From Candidatus Palauibacter poriticola (GTDB lineage: Bacteria; Gemmatimonadota; Gemmatimonadetes; Palauibacterales; Palauibacteraceae), in NCBI GenBank assembly GCA_012270965.1, contig JAAXHJ010000044.1, positions 18,311 to 82,310 on the forward strand: a DNA stretch of 64,000 nt. The letters are read 5' to 3'. Both the position numbers and the translations under genes were made by a program. This document shows positions 62,393 through 64,000 of this stretch, one piece after another; positions within the stretch are counted from its first letter, which is position 1; every line of letters begins with the position of its first letter. Under the pieces are notes generated by a model. That model searched no databases. It saw only the letters and a list, made by a program, of their open reading frames with translations, and was not told the DNA's origin.

Positions 62393-64000
62393 TTGTTTGG
62401 GATCCCGCTCTTGAACCAGGACCAGCCGGAACCCGCGGCGCGCACGGCCCCACCGGCGGCGGAAGCGTTCGAGACCCTCTCGGGGGCGATCGAGCGGGGG
62501 CGCCACCTCGCGCTCATTGCCGCCGAGGGAGCGGGTCTCGCTTCGCTCTACGCGGCGGCGGCCGTGCGGGACCTCGCCGCCGGCGAGGCGGGGGGACGCG
62601 CCTTCGTGCTTACCGCGACCGTGGACCGCGCGCGGCGCTGCGCGGCGCGCATGCATGCCGAGGCCCGCGCCGCCGGGCACGGGGTCGTCGTCGTGCCGGG
62701 CGCCGCCGCCGGGGCGGTCGCGCGGGCTCCGATCCTCGTTGGTCCGCCGGCCTCGCTGCTGGAGGGGGTGCGAAGGGGCGACATCCCGGCGGGGGCGCTT
62801 TGCACCCTGGTCCTCGATGACGTGCGTGCGCTGGAGCCGGCGCGGGCCGCCGTCGAGGCCGTGGTGCAGGCTTCGGGCGAGGGGGCCCGCCGGATCGCGA
62901 CCACCCACGCCCGGGATGCGGCGTTCGACGAGCTGATCGGGCGCTGGCTGCCGCGCGCGCGCCGGTGGCCGAACGAACTGTTCGCCGAGCTGCGGGCCGG
63001 GGAGCCGGAGGCGGGCCGGGCGGCGGCTACTCCGATCGCGGTCGCGAGCCGGGCGACGCGCGAGGGCCGGCTCGCTCGCCTGGCCGAGTTGCTTCACGAC
63101 ATCGCGGGGCGAACCTCGGACGAACGGCACGCGCCGGGGGCCGGAGGGGCTGCCGCCGTCAGCGTCGAGACCGCCCCCCGCGCGGTCGCCGCCGTGCGCG
63201 CCGCGCTCTCGCTGGCCGGGCTGCACGTCGTCGCGGCCGAGGCAGCCGGCCCGGCCGAGACCGACACCCGTGCGGCCGAGACCGACGGGGGTGCGGCGGT
63301 GCGGGTCGGGGCGTGGGGCGAGGTCGACGCCGCCGCCCACGCCATCGCGTTCGAGCTGCCGCCCGTGCCGGGACCGCTCGCCCGCACGGCGGCCGCCGCG
63401 GAGCGCTGCTACGCCATCGTCGACTCCCTGCATGAGCGGCAGCTCGAGCTGACCGCGAGGCGAGCCGGACTGCGGGTCGTACGCCTGGCCGAGCCCGCCG
63501 AGCCCGCGCTCATGGACGACGTGGCCGCCTTCCGGGCCCGCGTCGCCCACGCGCTCGAGCAGCAGGATCTCGCGAGCGGCACGCTCCTCCTCGCCCCTCT
63601 CATCCGGGAACACGGCGCCGCGCGCGTGGCGGCCGCCCTCGCCGGACTCCTCCGGATGGCGGACCGACCCTCCCCGACCGCCGGCGAGACGGCCCCGGCC
63701 GACGCCAGGCGCGTGCCCCCCGACACCGGCGCGCGGCGCGCCACCCGGCCGACTTGGACCAAGATCTTCGTCGATGTCGGGAAGCGCGACGGCGCGGGCC
63801 CCGGCGATCTCGTCGGCGCGATCACCGGCGAAACACGCGTCGCCGCCGGACAGATCGGGCGCATCGACATCCGGCACAACTTCACCCTCGTCGATGTCGA
63901 TTCGCTGGTCGCCGACGCGATCGTCCGCGGCCTCAACGGAAGCCGGATCAAGGGCCGCCAGGTCGTCGCCCGACCAGCAGGCCTTGGCAAGACCCCGCGT
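62393..64000 (+). CDS. DEAD-box-helicase-like protein with degenerate catalytic motifs and a conserved DbpA-type C-terminal RNA-binding domain. The 3' end runs off the window; the start is uncertain (TTG 62393).
   Basis: Hand translation: ...GRHLALIAAEGAGLASLYAAAAV (motif I lost), ATVDRA (Ia), PPASL (Ib), LVLDDVRAL (II), TTH (III). Helicase-C-like ...VETAPRAVAAVRAALSLAGLHV... Then WTKIFVDVGKRDGAGPGDLVGAITGETRVAAGQIGRIDIRHNFTLVDVDSLVADAIVRGLNGSRIKGRQV. Confidence 0.55.
   Translation, partial: MFGIPLLNQDQPEPAARTAPPAAEAFETLSGAIERGRHLALIAAEGAGLASLYAAAAVRDLAAGEAGGRAFVLTATVDRARRCAARMHAEARAAGHGVVVVPGAAAGAVARAPILVGPPASLLEGVRRGDIPAGALCTLVLDDVRALEPARAAVEAVVQASGEGARRIATTHARDAAFDELIGRWLPRARRWPNELFAELRAGEPEAGRAAATPIAVASRATREGRLARLAELLHDIAGRTSDERHAPGAGGAAAVSVETAPRAVAAVRAALSLAGLHVVAAEAAGPAETDTRAAETDGGAAVRVGAWGEVDAAAHAIAFELPPVPGPLARTAAAAERCYAIVDSLHERQLELTARRAGLRVVRLAEPAEPALMDDVAAFRARVAHALEQQDLASGTLLLAPLIREHGAARVAAALAGLLRMADRPSPTAGETAPADARRVPPDTGARRATRPTWTKIFVDVGKRDGAGPGDLVGAITGETRVAAGQIGRIDIRHNFTLVDVDSLVADAIVRGLNGSRIKGRQVVARPAGLGKTPR

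Overview
This is a 64-kb window from a high-GC bacterial chromosome (GC is about 70% by eye; the gene content and organisation would fit a Gemmatimonadota-like organism, but that is inference only). Most of it is tightly packed housekeeping genes. Proteostasis genes are dnaK, htrA/degP, tig-clpP-clpX, engB, and xerC-hslV-hslU next to aroC-aroK-topA. Amino-acid and one-carbon metabolism genes are argF, gcvT (apparently fused in-frame to a MogA/MoaB domain), tdh-kbl, serA with a class-V aminotransferase, rpe and a MoeZ-like E1-rhodanese protein. Other readily identified genes are katG, a deoC-ALDH pair, a nupC-PNP pair, an alanine/glycine:cation symporter and a tRNA-Leu(UAG). A complete type IV pilus and DNA-uptake locus (pilQPONM, three minor pilins, pilA, pilC, pilT, pilB, comEA and a TonB-like protein) occupies about 12 kb on the minus strand. 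The parts that look accessory are 1..3.7 kb and 9.8..14.7 kb. They carry two copies of a three-gene module (secreted propeller protein, small Cys-rich secreted protein, propeller lipoprotein) whose genes are chained by ATGA stop/start overlaps. They also carry a decayed third copy, an internally deleted IS3-family transposase remnant, and two 11-nt G/C homopolymer tracts placed 5' of the modules. One of these tracts, if one base shorter, would give a neighbouring AraC-type regulator a normal stop codon. Other oddities are in-frame gcvT-mogA and aroK-topA continuities, a 20-bp tandem duplication at the mogA/regulator junction, a catalytically degenerate DEAD-box/DbpA-like protein, a two-domain ALDH, several short tandem repeats in intergenic spacers, and a roughly 40-bp repeated extragenic element present at least four times. 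Many long ORFs in the supplied track are antisense artefacts of the high GC content. ORFs that run off either window edge are missing from the track: the partial minus-strand propeller gene at 1..1180 and the helicase-like gene from 62393 to the window end. Starts derived from hand-indexing can be off by 1-3 nt.
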